Both the position numbers and the translations under genes were made by a program. Under the pieces are notes generated by a model. The model saw nothing but the letters and a program-made list of their open reading frames with translations. It ran no database searches and had not been told where the DNA came from. From assembly GCA_965223325.1 (NCBI GenBank), contig CBDCWI010000002.1, positions 2,720,001 through 2,784,000 of the forward strand: a DNA stretch of 64,000 nucleotides, in the 5' to 3' direction. Positions 9,249 to 19,947 of this stretch are shown here, piece after piece. Origin of the DNA: Candidatus Multivoradales bacterium (GTDB lineage: Bacteria > Acidobacteriota > Thermoanaerobaculia > Multivoradales > Multivoraceae). Positions within the stretch are counted from its first letter, which is position 1; every line of letters starts with the position of its first letter.

Positions 9249-10520
9249 TCAGTCCCAGCCGTAGACCAGCCGAATCCGCCTGGGCAACTCCGCAAAGACG
9301 ATTGGGTTGGCGTCGTCGCTGTTGGCCATGATGATGTAGCCGTTGCCCCCTTCGAGATGGCCGTCGAAGTTCGCTCGGAAACCCCAGTTGCCGCCGGTAT
9401 GGCCGAAGAAACGCGGCGCTTCGCCGGCTCTAGCGGGACGATGGGCCGTTTCTGACCCTACGGTGAAACCAAGCGCGTAGTGGCCGAGCCCACCCGGGGT
9501 CACCATCTTCCTGGCCATCTCCTGGCTGAGAACCTTGTTCGAGCGACCCTCGAGGGACAGCTGGACCTCGATCATGAACTTCGCCAGGTCGGTTGGCGTC
9601 GTCCATAGACCCGCCGCATAGAGCTCGGGATAGACATGCCACTTCGCCGACCGGCCGATGAAGGTGTCCTGGCGGACTTCCCAACCGGAAGCCCCGGCGG
9701 CATTGCTGGCCAGCTCTTCGGGCAGCGGTTGGCAAAAGCAACTGTTCGCCATCGCGAGTGGATCGAGCACCGTCTCTTGCAGAATCTCGGCGAAGGACTG
9801 ATCGAGCACATCAGAAAGCGCTAGCTGCATGATGGTCGAACCTCCGCCGGAGTACTCGTACTTGCTGTTGGGCTCCCAGTCGACGATCACGGGCGGGGTG
9901 TTGGCGGGGGTCTTGCCCAGCGCATCGCCATAGCCGAGGACCTGGGGAACCGTCGGAAGCGGCTCCGTTGGCAGGTATCCGGGGAATCCGCCGACCGTGG
10001 TGCCTGCTGTCATGCTCATCAGGAGACGCGGCGTGACGGTGGCATCCGCCAGGTATTCCTGCGACTGGATCAGCTTCCACGACTCGAGCAGCGAGTTGAT
10101 GTCGTCATCGAGCGCGAAGCGCTTGTCCTGTACAGCTCGAAGCACCGCCATCGCCGACACCGGCTTGCTGATCGACGCTGCCTGAAACAGGGTCTCGACA
10201 TCCGCTGCCACCTCGGCATCGACGTCCGCATGGCCGTAGGCCCTGGCCCAGAGCAGCTTGTAGTCCGCAACGACCGCAACACTGACGGCGGGCGTTGTGT
10301 GCTTCTCCATCAACTCGAGGAGAGTGAGCCCGGCGTCGCCGTCTGAAGCCGGGTCCCGTGGCTCTTCGATGCGCTGGATCGAACTGGCGTTTTGTTCGAG
10401 ACCTGTGCCCACGCCGGGCGCTTGCGCGAACGCCAAGCGCGGGCCGCACCAAGGAGCGAGGAAGTAGGCAACCACCAACAGCCAGGCAAACGCTTCAAAT
10501 CGTCGACTGAACATCGTCAT
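9249..10520 (-). CDS. Secreted serine hydrolase (class C beta-lactamase-like)
   Basis: Signal peptide; FQAASISK (SxxK), YSGGG, AAGLWTTPTDLAKF and FGHTGG motifs. Confidence 0.88.
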   Translation of the reverse strand: MTMFSRRFEAFAWLLVVAYFLAPWCGPRLAFAQAPGVGTGLEQNASSIQRIEEPRDPASDGDAGLTLLELMEKHTTPAVSVAVVADYKLLWARAYGHADVDAEVAADVETLFQAASISKPVSAMAVLRAVQDKRFALDDDINSLLESWKLIQSQEYLADATVTPRLLMSMTAGTTVGGFPGYLPTEPLPTVPQVLGYGDALGKTPANTPPVIVDWEPNSKYEYSGGGSTIMQLALSDVLDQSFAEILQETVLDPLAMANSCFCQPLPEELASNAAGASGWEVRQDTFIGRSAKWHVYPELYAAGLWTTPTDLAKFMIEVQLSLEGRSNKVLSQEMARKMVTPGGLGHYALGFTVGSETAHRPARAGEAPRFFGHTGGNWGFRANFDGHLEGGNGYIIMANSDDANPIVFAELPRRIRLVYGWD

Positions 10521-10737
10521 CTCCTCCTCGAGCCAGAAAGGGCGCCGTCACCGCTGGCCTCCCTCCCCTCTCCTCGTCGAGCAATTGTCCCACGCCACTC
10601 CTTAGGCCTTTGGCGCCCGTGCCAGCGGCAGCTGGTGAGCTGTTTCGATCCCTTTTTGGTACCGGCCGTCGAATGGGCGTATCCCTATTCGTCTCCTGAA
10701 CGTGACACCCAGGAACAAACCCACGCAAGGAGTTCCC

Positions 10738-11367
10738 ATGAACCTTTCACGTTTCGCGAGGCTTTTACTCGTCGTTCTCTCGTCGACTCTCAATCTCGGC
10801 GCCACCGGTGCCGACCAGCCTGACGGTTCGTTCGCTCTCGAACTCGCACCAGGCGAGGAAGAACGCCTGGCGCGTACTGCTCTGCCCGAACACCTCCAGG
10901 CAAACGCCAGCGTCTGGATCCTCGGTGCGAAGGGCTATGAGCTCGCCAGCCTCGGAACCAACGGCTTCAACTGCCTGGTGAGCCGCGACGGTGCCGCAGT
11001 GCTGGCTCCCCTTTGCTACGACCAGGTGGGGAGTAAGACCCTCCTTCAGGCTGATCTCAAACGAGCCGCCGCCGTGATGTCTGGCAAGACCCTCGAGGAA
11101 GCCAAGAAGCTGGTCGACGCTGCCTACGAGAGCGGCGAACTGACGGCTCCTGCCGAGCCGGGCCTTGCCTACATGCTGTCGGAGGAGTTCTTCGACCATT
11201 CCGATCGCGAGCCCAGGCAGGTCTACCCACCACATGTGATGTTCTACGCCCCGTACAAGACTCCAGAAGACTTCGGCTTCTCTCCAGACTCACGCGGAAG
11301 CACGACCCAGCCCTGGATCTTGAACGGCGGTACACCAAAGGCCTACGTGATCGTCGTCCCGCAGTAG
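10738..11367 (+). CDS. Secreted hypothetical protein
   Basis: AAGGAG RBS and signal peptide. Contains GTNGFNCLV...PLCYD...GLAYMLS...PPHVMFYAP. Confidence 0.7.
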   Translation: MNLSRFARLLLVVLSSTLNLGATGADQPDGSFALELAPGEEERLARTALPEHLQANASVWILGAKGYELASLGTNGFNCLVSRDGAAVLAPLCYDQVGSKTLLQADLKRAAAVMSGKTLEEAKKLVDAAYESGELTAPAEPGLAYMLSEEFFDHSDREPRQVYPPHVMFYAPYKTPEDFGFSPDSRGSTTQPWILNGGTPKAYVIVVPQ

Positions 11368-11415
11368 GTAGCCCGCGTTCTCGATTCCACTGTCGGTTTC
11401 CACTACAGTAGAGCC

Positions 11416-12327
11416 GTGCACTTCGGCGACGAGTTGATTCAACGCACCCGCGCGCTCGGTCACCCCCTTTGCGTCGGTATCGACCCGCACATCGACCGCA
11501 TCCCGGCGCTCTTCGGCCGCGTCGACGGCGTCCGCTCCGCCAACGAAAACGAACGCGACCAGGCAGCTGCCACCGTCGAGAGCTTCTGCATGGCAATCCT
11601 CGAGCGAGTGGTCGGTCGCGTCGCCGCAATCAAGCCGCAGATCGCCTTCTTCGAGCAGTTCGGCTGGCGCGGGCTGCGAGTGCTCGAAACGGTGGTTCAG
11701 GCCGCCCACCTGGCCGACGTCCTGGTCATCCTCGACGCCAAACGCTCCGATATCGGCTCGACGGCGCGCGGCTACGCCGCCGCCTACCTCCAACCAGGGG
11801 CACCTCTCGAAGTCGACGCCATGACCCTCAACCCTTATCTCGGCATCGACACCATCGAGCCCTACCTCAGAGACGCTGAGCGCGGGGTCTTCGTCCTCGT
11901 CAAGACCAGCAACCCGGGCTCGGCAGATTTTCAGGACCTCGATGTCAACGGCGAGCCGCTCTTTACCCAGGTCGCTAACGCTCTCTCGCCCGTCGCGGAA
12001 CGCTTCGTCGGTGAGACCGGTTGGTCATCGATCGGCGTCGTCGTCGGTGCAACCTGGGCAGGGCCACATCAGGCGGTGCGCGAGCGACTCCCCAACAGCC
12101 CTTTTCTCGTTCCGGGCTACGGTGCCCAGGGAGGTACCGCAGCCGACGCGCTGGGCGGCTTCACCCCCGGCCCCCAGGGTCTCGAGGGCGGCGTCGTCAG
12201 CTCCTCGCGCGGGGTCCTTTTCCCCGAGCAGGCAGACGCGGCTAGCGATGTGGCAGGCTGGGAGAGCGCCATCGACCGCGCCATCGACAGTGCGATCGCT
12301 GAAATGACGGCTGCAGTCGGCAACTGA
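11416..12327 (+). CDS. pyrF: Orotidine-5'-phosphate decarboxylase
   Basis: LCVGIDP, KPQIAFFE, ILDAKRSDIGST, LNPYLG, LVKTSNPGS, VVGAT, LVPGYGAQGG and SSSRG motifs. Confidence 0.95.
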   Translation: MHFGDELIQRTRALGHPLCVGIDPHIDRIPALFGRVDGVRSANENERDQAAATVESFCMAILERVVGRVAAIKPQIAFFEQFGWRGLRVLETVVQAAHLADVLVILDAKRSDIGSTARGYAAAYLQPGAPLEVDAMTLNPYLGIDTIEPYLRDAERGVFVLVKTSNPGSADFQDLDVNGEPLFTQVANALSPVAERFVGETGWSSIGVVVGATWAGPHQAVRERLPNSPFLVPGYGAQGGTAADALGGFTPGPQGLEGGVVSSSRGVLFPEQADAASDVAGWESAIDRAIDSAIAEMTAAVGN

Positions 12328-12547
12328 CCGGTCGACCAACAGCCAGCGACGCCTCTCGGCCCGTTTCGGTAGGCTGAAGCGTCCGTCACTCACAGACAAA
12401 TCGGCGTCTTTCGCCGCGGCACCCGATCCGCTCGGCGCACCGGGCACGTAACACTGCCTTTAGAGACACTGCCGGTAGATGCCAAACAACCCTCACGATT
12501 CCCAAGCCCCTGGCCGACATACGGAGCAGCGGGCACGGAGGAGCACC

Positions 12548-13153
12548 ATGACTACGAAACGAATTCTGTTTATCGCTCTCTTGGCTTTCGGCCTCGCAAT
12601 ATCGACCGTTGCGATGGTCGGCGCCCAGGACAAGCCTGCCAGCCCGCCCGGATCCACCGCCACCCAGATCGGTGATGGATGGATCGAAGTCGAGTACAGC
12701 CGCCCGATCCTGCGCGGCCGAACCGACATCTTCGGCAGCGGCGACGAGTACGGCAAGAAACTCAACGCGGGCGCACCCGTGTGGCGTGCTGGCGCCAACG
12801 CCACCACCCGCATCAAGACCGAGCACGACCTCGAGATCAACGGTGTCAAGGTCCCAGCCGGTGAGTACAGTTTCTTCATCGAGCTCGGGGCCGAGGGCTG
12901 GAACGCCATCCTCTCGACGCAGGAGTTCATGAAAACACCCGATCGCGCCAAGATCGCCGAAGGAGTTCTCTGGGGTTCCTACGGCTACGACGCCTCGAAG
13001 AATGTCGTCACTGCGCCAATGACCGTTCAAACCGGTGAGCAGTCGATCGACCAGCTGACCTACGTCTTCATTGACGTCTCCGAAGAGGGCGGGGCTCTCG
13101 CCGTCGCCTGGCATGACCAGGTCGGGGTTCTGCCGTTCACGATCGCCAAGTAG
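12548..13153 (+). CDS. DUF2911 domain secreted protein
   Basis: GGAGGAG RBS and signal peptide. Contains ASPP...IEVEYSRP..RGR..IFG...VWRAGANATT...VPAGEYS. Confidence 0.85.
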   Translation: MTTKRILFIALLAFGLAISTVAMVGAQDKPASPPGSTATQIGDGWIEVEYSRPILRGRTDIFGSGDEYGKKLNAGAPVWRAGANATTRIKTEHDLEINGVKVPAGEYSFFIELGAEGWNAILSTQEFMKTPDRAKIAEGVLWGSYGYDASKNVVTAPMTVQTGEQSIDQLTYVFIDVSEEGGALAVAWHDQVGVLPFTIAK

Positions 13154-13192
13154 CTCCAGCACCCGGCGGCCGTGGTCGCCGTGGATCTCCCG

Positions 13193-13233
13193 AGACCCGT
13201 CCAGCCACCCGGCCAGGCGGGTCTTCTTGTTTC
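13193..13233 (+). terminator. Possible intrinsic terminator after the DUF2911 gene
   Basis: agacccgtc...ggcgggtct stem followed by tcttgtttct. Confidence 0.4.
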
Positions 13234-13313
13234 TACGCCCTTCGTTCTCCGGGTTGGCCGTCGTGAGATGCTTTCGACCCCGCCCCACCGACCGAGCGAG
13301 AAGGAGTCGTACG

Positions 13314-14093
13314 ATGGCCAACGACGAGGCAACCCTCTACGAAGTGAGAGACGGTGCCGCCTGGATCACCCTCAACCGTCCAGAGGTACGCAACGCAATC
13401 TCGGCGCAGTTGGTGGCTGAGCTCGATCATCATCTCGAGCAGGCCTTCGCCGATGACCAGGTGCGCACGGTCGTGCTCACCGGGGCAGGCAAGGGCTTTT
13501 GTGCGGGCGCCGATCTCAAGAACCCGCCCGGCCGGGCAACCGCCGACGGTCGCGTGGTTCCCTACCCTGACCTCTTGATGCGCATGTGGAACGGGCCGAA
13601 GCCGGTGATCGGAATGATCAACGGCGCCGCCTATGCGGGTGGCCTCGGCATGGTGGCGGCATGCGACATCGTGGTCACTGACGAGGACGCCGGCTTTGCC
13701 TTCAGCGAAGTGAAGATCGGCGTTATCCCGGCCATCATCGCGGTGGTCTGCCTGCGCAAACTCGGCGAGCATCACGGCATGAAGCTCTTTCTCACCGGTG
13801 AACGCTTCACTGGCAAACAAGCCGTCACGTTCGGCCTGGCCCATCGTGCGGTTCCCGCCGATCAGCTCGAGGCGGCGGTGCAGGAGGAGATCGACCTCAT
13901 CCGCCTGGCGGGGCCCAATGCAGTTGCGGAAGCGAAGAAGCTGGTGCGCCAGGTGCCGCACGTTTCGATGGCCGAAGGCTTCGAGCTCACCCAGAAGTGG
14001 AGCCGCGACATGTTCCAGACCGAGGAAGCAGCCGAAGGCATGGCGGCGTTTCGCGAGAAGCGCCCGCCGGCCTGGGTCAGTGAGAGCGAGTAG
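13314..14093 (+). CDS. Enoyl-CoA hydratase/isomerase (methylglutaconyl-CoA hydratase-like)
   Basis: AAGGAG RBS; ITLNRPEVRNA, FCAGADL, AGGLGMVAACD, FSEVKIGVIP and EGMAAFREKRPP motifs. Confidence 0.92.
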   Translation: MANDEATLYEVRDGAAWITLNRPEVRNAISAQLVAELDHHLEQAFADDQVRTVVLTGAGKGFCAGADLKNPPGRATADGRVVPYPDLLMRMWNGPKPVIGMINGAAYAGGLGMVAACDIVVTDEDAGFAFSEVKIGVIPAIIAVVCLRKLGEHHGMKLFLTGERFTGKQAVTFGLAHRAVPADQLEAAVQEEIDLIRLAGPNAVAEAKKLVRQVPHVSMAEGFELTQKWSRDMFQTEEAAEGMAAFREKRPPAWVSESE

Positions 14094-14185
14094 GCAACGA
14101 CGAAGTCGAGTTCAGCGCTGCGATGTCGAGAGGGTAGGCTGACCCGCCACCTGAACCCGAGAAAGATACCGAGCCGGAGAACCAG

Positions 14186-14851
14186 ATGAAGACCTCCCAC
14201 GACAGCCGAATCCTCTGCGTTCTCTTGATCGCACTGACGATATGCCTGCCTCACTCCGCCGCAACCGCTCAGAACGGCGAGCCGACCTTGAGCGACACCG
14301 AGCGCTCCGATCTGCTCTCGCTGATGCACGAGTCGGAGTCGCTCTACCTCGGGCTCCTGGCCAGCGCCACCGACGAGCAGTGGTCATGGAAGCCAGCGCC
14401 AGACCGGTGGTCGGTCGGAGAGTGCGCCGAACACATCATGCGCTCGAACCAGGCGCTCCTCGAGGCAGCCAAGGCGGCGCTTGCCAGCGACCCAAACCCG
14501 GAGTGGGCCGAGCAAACCAAAGGCAAGGCTGATCTGTTGCTGCAGGTCATGCCCAACCGCAACCCGGGCGGTCAGGGTGGAGCCACCGCACCGCAGGAGA
14601 TCCGCCCTACCGGCGAACTAAGTCGCGGCGAGATCGTCGAACAGTTTCGCGCCCTCTATGTCGAACTGAGCCACCTGATCGAAACCACCAGAGACCCGCT
14701 CAAGGAGCACACTTCTGAACACCCCTTTCCGATCTTCGGCACCCTGAGCGCCTACGACTGGATCCTCTATGTTCCGCTCCACACCGTGCGGCACAGCCGT
14801 CAGATGGTCGAAGTGATGGAGACCGAGGGCTATCCCTCGGGCGAAAGCTAA
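14186..14851 (+). CDS. Secreted DinB family protein
   Basis: QWSWKPAPDRWSVGECAEHI...HPFPIFG.L...HTVRH (DinB His pattern). Confidence 0.85.
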   Translation: MKTSHDSRILCVLLIALTICLPHSAATAQNGEPTLSDTERSDLLSLMHESESLYLGLLASATDEQWSWKPAPDRWSVGECAEHIMRSNQALLEAAKAALASDPNPEWAEQTKGKADLLLQVMPNRNPGGQGGATAPQEIRPTGELSRGEIVEQFRALYVELSHLIETTRDPLKEHTSEHPFPIFGTLSAYDWILYVPLHTVRHSRQMVEVMETEGYPSGES

Positions 14852-14957
14852 GGCGACACTGGCGATTAGTCGAGCGAGGGTTGGCCCCAAGCCCTTTCAC
14901 GACTCTATGCGACGAGGCTCGCGACTCACTCCACAACCAGCTCCCCGGAGACTCCCA

Positions 14958-17060
14958 ATGAACAGAGGCCACGCCAAGCATCTCGTCCTCTCAACCATCG
15001 CGCTCGCCCTGTTCGTCGTGGGCAGCCCTTCCCTGGCGGCGTCGCCGGCTGAAGACTCGCCGGCTGGAAAGAACAGCAACACCGCGGTCTTCGAACCCGC
15101 CGACGTCTTCCAGCTCGAGTTCGCCGCCGACCCGCAGATCTCGCCCGACGGGAAAACGATCGTCTACGCCCGACGAGGCTTCGACATCCAGAAGGACAGG
15201 ACGCTCTCGGAGCTGTGGACCATCAGCACCGAGAAGGACAGCAACGAGCGCTTCGATCATCGGCCATTGGGGGCTGTTGGCACGAGCCACGCGTCGCCGC
15301 GCTGGTCGGCTGACGGTCGTGAACTGGTCTACCTGGCGCGCGACGAAGGGACCGGCGGCACGCAGATTCACCGCATGTGGCTCGATACCGGGCAGAGCGC
15401 CGTGCTCACGCGTCTCGAGCACTCGCCAAGCGCACCGTCATGGTCACCCGACGGCCAGTGGATCGCCTTCACCAGTTTTGTCCCCGCTAGAGAGGCTTCG
15501 CCGCCGAGCATGCCGAAGCCACCCAAGGGTGCCGAATGGGCACCGGCGCCGAAGTACATCGACAGTTTGATCTACCGGCGTGACGGCGGCGGCTTTACCG
15601 AGCCCGGTCACCAACACGTTTTCGTCGTCCCGAAGAGCGGTGGCACTCCACGTCAAGTCACTTCTGGTGACTTCAACCACGGCTCGGTCTCATGGACACC
15701 CGACGGCCGCCAGCTCTTGCTTTCGGCCAACCGTACAAAAGACTGGGAGTACAACGGCCAGAACAGCGAGGTCCATCTCGTCGACGTCGCCAGCGGTGAG
15801 ATCACCACGTTGACCGATCGGTTTGGCCCCGACGCCTCGCCGACAATGTCGCCGGACGGGAAGAGAATCGCCTACCTCGGCTACGACGATCGCTACCTCG
15901 GCTTCCAGGTCACCGAGCTCTACGTCATGGATCACGACGGTCAGAACAAGCGCCGCGTCGACACCGGCCTCGACCGCAGCGTCGGCGGCCCCGTCTGGGA
16001 CAAGGATTCGCGCCATCTCTGGGTCCAGTACAGCGACCAGGGAAACGGCAAGATCGCGCGCGTCGATACCAGGACCGGCAAGACCACCCGCATCACTGGC
16101 GATCTCGGCGGGCTGTCCCTGGGGCGCCCCTACGGAGGCGGCGCGTTCTCGGTGTCCGCGAACGGTGTGGTCGCCTTTACGCACACGCGGCCCGACCACC
16201 CCTCCGACCTGGCCGTGGTGCGCTCGCCCGGTGAGGCGGTGCGCCTGACCCGTCTCAATGACGACCTGTTCGCTCACAAGGAACTCGCCAAGGTCGAAGA
16301 GATCTGGTTCGAGTCCAGCCACGATAGCCGTCGCATTCAGGGTTGGATCGCGACCCCGCCAGGGTTCGACCCCGAGAAGAAGTACCCGCTGCTTCTCGAG
16401 ATCCATGGCGGGCCATTCTCAGACTACGGCGACCGTTTCGCCGCCGAGATTCAGCTCTATGCAGCCGCCGGCTACATCGTGCTCTACACCAACCCGCGCG
16501 GCTCGTCGAGCTACGGCGCCGAGTTCGGCAATCTCATCCACCATGCCTACCCCAGCCACGACTACGACGACTTGATGTCCGGCGTCGACGCCGTGATCGC
16601 CCAAGGGTCGATCGACGAGGAGCGGCTGTTCGTTACCGGTGGCAGTGGCGGCGGTGTCCTCACGAGTTGGATCGTCGGGCACACCGAGCGCTTCGCCGGT
16701 GCCGCGGTGCAGAAGCCGGTGATCAACTGGTACAGCTGGGCGCTCACCGCCGACATTGCAACGACCTACAAGTACTGGTTCCCAGGCGTCCCCTGGGAAC
16801 ACCTCGAGCACTACATGGAGCGCTCACCGATCTCCTACGTCGGCAACGTGACCACCCCGACTCTGGTGATTACCGGTGAAGTCGACTACCGCACGCCGAT
16901 GTCGGAGAGCGAGCAGTACTACCAGGCGCTCAAGATCCAGAAGGTGCCGTCGGCGCTGGTCCGCATTCCCGAAGCGTCGCACGGCATCGCCGCCCGCCCG
17001 AGCCACCTGATCGGCAAGGTGGCTTACATCCTCGACTGGTTCGCGCGGAGCGAACGGTAG
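14958..17060 (+). CDS. S9 family peptidase (acylaminoacyl-peptidase-like) with PD40/WD-like propeller
   Basis: Repeated P.(W/I)SPDG motifs; IHGGP, NPRGS..YG, TGGSGGG (GxSxG), GEVDYRTP and ASH catalytic motifs. Confidence 0.95.
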   Translation: MNRGHAKHLVLSTIALALFVVGSPSLAASPAEDSPAGKNSNTAVFEPADVFQLEFAADPQISPDGKTIVYARRGFDIQKDRTLSELWTISTEKDSNERFDHRPLGAVGTSHASPRWSADGRELVYLARDEGTGGTQIHRMWLDTGQSAVLTRLEHSPSAPSWSPDGQWIAFTSFVPAREASPPSMPKPPKGAEWAPAPKYIDSLIYRRDGGGFTEPGHQHVFVVPKSGGTPRQVTSGDFNHGSVSWTPDGRQLLLSANRTKDWEYNGQNSEVHLVDVASGEITTLTDRFGPDASPTMSPDGKRIAYLGYDDRYLGFQVTELYVMDHDGQNKRRVDTGLDRSVGGPVWDKDSRHLWVQYSDQGNGKIARVDTRTGKTTRITGDLGGLSLGRPYGGGAFSVSANGVVAFTHTRPDHPSDLAVVRSPGEAVRLTRLNDDLFAHKELAKVEEIWFESSHDSRRIQGWIATPPGFDPEKKYPLLLEIHGGPFSDYGDRFAAEIQLYAAAGYIVLYTNPRGSSSYGAEFGNLIHHAYPSHDYDDLMSGVDAVIAQGSIDEERLFVTGGSGGGVLTSWIVGHTERFAGAAVQKPVINWYSWALTADIATTYKYWFPGVPWEHLEHYMERSPISYVGNVTTPTLVITGEVDYRTPMSESEQYYQALKIQKVPSALVRIPEASHGIAARPSHLIGKVAYILDWFARSER

Positions 17061-17066
17061 ACGGAA

Positions 17067-17975
17067 TCAGCCGTAGTCGTTGAAGCGCTGCACCGCCTCG
17101 ACAATCTCCGAAAGCCAGGACTCCTCGCCGGCGAAAGGGGCGCTCGCGCGCGGCCAATGGACGACCAGGTCGGTGACTCCAACGGACGCGTAGCTCGAGA
17201 GGGCGGCGGCGAGGGCGGTCTTTGAAGCCCGGATCCGTTTTGAGTAGAGGCTTTCTAGGTAGATCCCGGTCAGCACCAGCCGGTCGAGAGCACCAGCGTC
17301 CCGCTGCTCACTCTCACAGGCTCTCTCGAGCCGAGCGATCTGCTCAGCGATCACCTGGACGCTCTCATCCAGCGGCACCGGTTCCGCAACGGTGCGGTCA
17401 CCGTTCGACACCCAGGTCGCCGCCTGGCGCGCAGCCAGCCGCAGCCCACGAGGACCGGTGGCGGCGATGGCGAAGGGCAGACGCGGCTTCTGCACACAAC
17501 CCGGGTGGTTGGGGAATGAAACCGAGCTGTAGTACTCGCCGCGAAAGGTGCTCTCGCCGCTACGCAGCGCGCGATCGAGAACCTCGACGAACTCCTCCAA
17601 ACGTGAGAAGCGCTCCGCGTTCGACCACCGTGTCTGCCCAAGGATCTCGGCATCCCAGCCGCTCGATCCCGCGCCGACACCGAGCGTCATGCGACCACCC
17701 GAAATCTCGTCGAGCGTCATCAGATCGCGCGCGAACGGTACTGGATGGCGAAAGTTCGGCGAGGCCACCAGGGTGCCCAATCGCATCCGTTGGGTAGCGA
17801 GCGCCGCCGCAGTCAGGGTCGGGACGGTTCCGTACCAGGGTCCATCCCGGAGGGTTCGCCAGGCCAGATGATCGTAGGTCCAGGCGTGGTCAAAGCCCAT
17901 CTCCTCCGCACGCACCCACCGGCCGCGGTCTTCTGACCAGCGGCGTTCGGGAAGAATGAGAACTCCGATTCGCAT
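17067..17975 (-). CDS. LLM-class flavin-dependent oxidoreductase
   Basis: AEEMGFDHAWTYDHL, RLGTLVASPNFRHP, LDEISGGR..LGVGAG and IAATGPRGLRLAA motifs. Confidence 0.88.
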   Translation of the reverse strand: MRIGVLILPERRWSEDRGRWVRAEEMGFDHAWTYDHLAWRTLRDGPWYGTVPTLTAAALATQRMRLGTLVASPNFRHPVPFARDLMTLDEISGGRMTLGVGAGSSGWDAEILGQTRWSNAERFSRLEEFVEVLDRALRSGESTFRGEYYSSVSFPNHPGCVQKPRLPFAIAATGPRGLRLAARQAATWVSNGDRTVAEPVPLDESVQVIAEQIARLERACESEQRDAGALDRLVLTGIYLESLYSKRIRASKTALAAALSSYASVGVTDLVVHWPRASAPFAGEESWLSEIVEAVQRFNDYG

Positions 17976-18056
17976 AGCGCATCGATGGTAGCCCTGGAGG
18001 GCTGATCGTCGCGGCAGTAGAAGGGACGCTCAAATAGAAGCGAGCTCTGAGCCGGT

Positions 18057-18602
18057 CTAGCCAGCCTCTTCCTGCACGGTGACGTTGATGACGTGGCAAA
18101 GGCCCGGATCGTCGAGCGTCACATGGGCACCGTCGCCAACTTGAAGAGCGAGTTTGTGCGCGCCGGGCTCGAGGGTGAGCTCGATCATGTTCGATCCGTC
18201 ACCGAAATGGATCCATGGATCGGCGGTGGGGATGACGATGCCGGGCGCGAGGCACTCCGTGTCGACACCGATGTGAAAGTGTCCGGCGCCCTCATGGATC
18301 ATGCCGTCACCAACGGGTTCGATGACGTAGTCGGAGTGCCCGAACTCGAGCTCGACGATGGGCGGAACGGTGGCACCGTCTTCGAGCCCCACGAACCACA
18401 CTTTGGGGCCCTCGGGAGAGTTCTGGGCGGCGATCTGGTCGAGGTCTGCGGCTGCCGGCTCGGCAACTCCCTCGCGATCACTGGTGCATCCAACGAGCAG
18501 TAGGCCGAGGCCGATGACGGCGACGAGCAAGGCTCGCCTCAAAGGCAACCTGGAGGGCGCCGCGCGCGTGGTTAACGGAGAGTCGATCGACTGTACGTGC
18601 AT
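18057..18602 (-). CDS. DUF4399 domain lipoprotein
   Basis: LVGC lipobox; GHFHIGVD, IHFGDG and L.PG.H.L.LQVGDG.H motifs. Confidence 0.82.
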   Translation of the reverse strand: MHVQSIDSPLTTRAAPSRLPLRRALLVAVIGLGLLLVGCTSDREGVAEPAAADLDQIAAQNSPEGPKVWFVGLEDGATVPPIVELEFGHSDYVIEPVGDGMIHEGAGHFHIGVDTECLAPGIVIPTADPWIHFGDGSNMIELTLEPGAHKLALQVGDGAHVTLDDPGLCHVINVTVQEEAG

Positions 18603-18756
18603 GCTATTCCCACCAAAGAAGTCTGTGCCACTGAAGAGTCCGTGCAACTCGGCCCAGCAAACGGTGCTGTCCCGTGAGTTGACCGGAGTTCGATCGACTA
18701 GAGACTAGCGCAACTCGGTGTCCCTGGGCCCTTTAAGGCGCCACCGGCAACCGACT

Positions 18757-18770
18757 TGACCGATTGGTCA
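18757..18770. promoter_or_regulatory. Palindromic operator-like site between divergent genes
   Basis: TGACC-gatt-GGTCA, overlapping a TTGACC -35-like hexamer. Confidence 0.4.
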
Positions 18771-18822
18771 GTACGGTGGGAAGATGGTTCTTCACAGTCA
18801 ACTCATGACGGAGTACCGAAGT

Positions 18823-19695
18823 ATGAAGTCGTTCCTCGGGTACGCGACGGTTCTCATCACCGTTCTCGCGCTCACGCTCGCCTCAGCACCTGCCCTCGCC
18901 CAGTCCGGCGAAGGCTCATCGTTTGAACCCACACGGCTCGCCAATGGCAAGCCGGATCTGAACGGCGTCTGGCAGGTCATGAACACCGCCAACTACAACG
19001 TCGAGCGGCACATGGCAAGCCACGCCCTCCAGCTGCGCGAAGGCCCGCATGGGCCGCTCCCGGCAGCCGAAGTCCTGGCGCTCGGCGCCGTGGGCGCCGT
19101 ACCAGGCGGCATGGGAGTTGTGGTCGGCGGCAAGATCCCGTACAAGCCCGAAGCGCTCGCCAAACGCGATGAGAACCGGGCGAACTACCTGGAGCGCGAT
19201 CCTGAGGTCAAGTGCTACCTCCCCGGCGTGCCCCGCGCGACCTACATGCCGTACCCGTTCCAGATCGTCCAGAACGAGCACTCGATGCTGATCGCCTACG
19301 AGTACGCCGGTGCGGTGCGTGAGATCTACATGGACGACCCGGGCCCCGCCCCCGTCGACTCCTGGATGGGCTGGTCGCACGGCACCTGGGACGGCGACAC
19401 CCTGGTGGTCCAGGTCACCGGCCTGCGCGAAGACACCTGGTTCGACCGCGCCGGTAACCATCACGGCCCGATGATGAAGGTCACCGAGCGCTACACGATG
19501 ATCTCGCCGTACCACATGGAGTACGAGGCGACCATTGAGGACCCGGACACGTTTACCGAGCCCTGGACCATGAAGATGCCTCTCTATCGCCGCATGGAAG
19601 AGACCGCACAGCTCATGGACTTCCGTTGCGTCGAGTTCGTCGAAGAGCTGCTCTACGGCGAATGGCGCAAGAACCCACTACCGCGCTTCAAGTAG
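18823..19695 (+). CDS. Secreted hypothetical protein (GKPDLNGVW family)
   Basis: Signal peptide; GKPDLNGVW, DP...C..PGVPR, WMG.S.G.WDGDTLVV, ERY, EDP..FT.PW and terminal C.E motifs. Confidence 0.8.
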   Translation: MKSFLGYATVLITVLALTLASAPALAQSGEGSSFEPTRLANGKPDLNGVWQVMNTANYNVERHMASHALQLREGPHGPLPAAEVLALGAVGAVPGGMGVVVGGKIPYKPEALAKRDENRANYLERDPEVKCYLPGVPRATYMPYPFQIVQNEHSMLIAYEYAGAVREIYMDDPGPAPVDSWMGWSHGTWDGDTLVVQVTGLREDTWFDRAGNHHGPMMKVTERYTMISPYHMEYEATIEDPDTFTEPWTMKMPLYRRMEETAQLMDFRCVEFVEELLYGEWRKNPLPRFK

Positions 19696-19947
19696 GCCGA
19701 GCCGCTCGGCGGAAAAGGAGCCGGCGGCAGCCACCTCCTTTGGGTGTCAGCCGCAACCCGAACGCTAGAATCGCAAGCCCTGACAGGAAAAAGAGGGAAT
19801 ACAGCGCCGGCAGGCAGCCTTACTCTCTTGCCAACCACCGACAGATCCTTGGATCCTGACCACCGAAACATCTCCGAGATCACCTTCAGATCGTAAGACC
19901 CATCACTCCCGCCAGTTCAGTTGACAGGAGACGAAAGGACACACACC

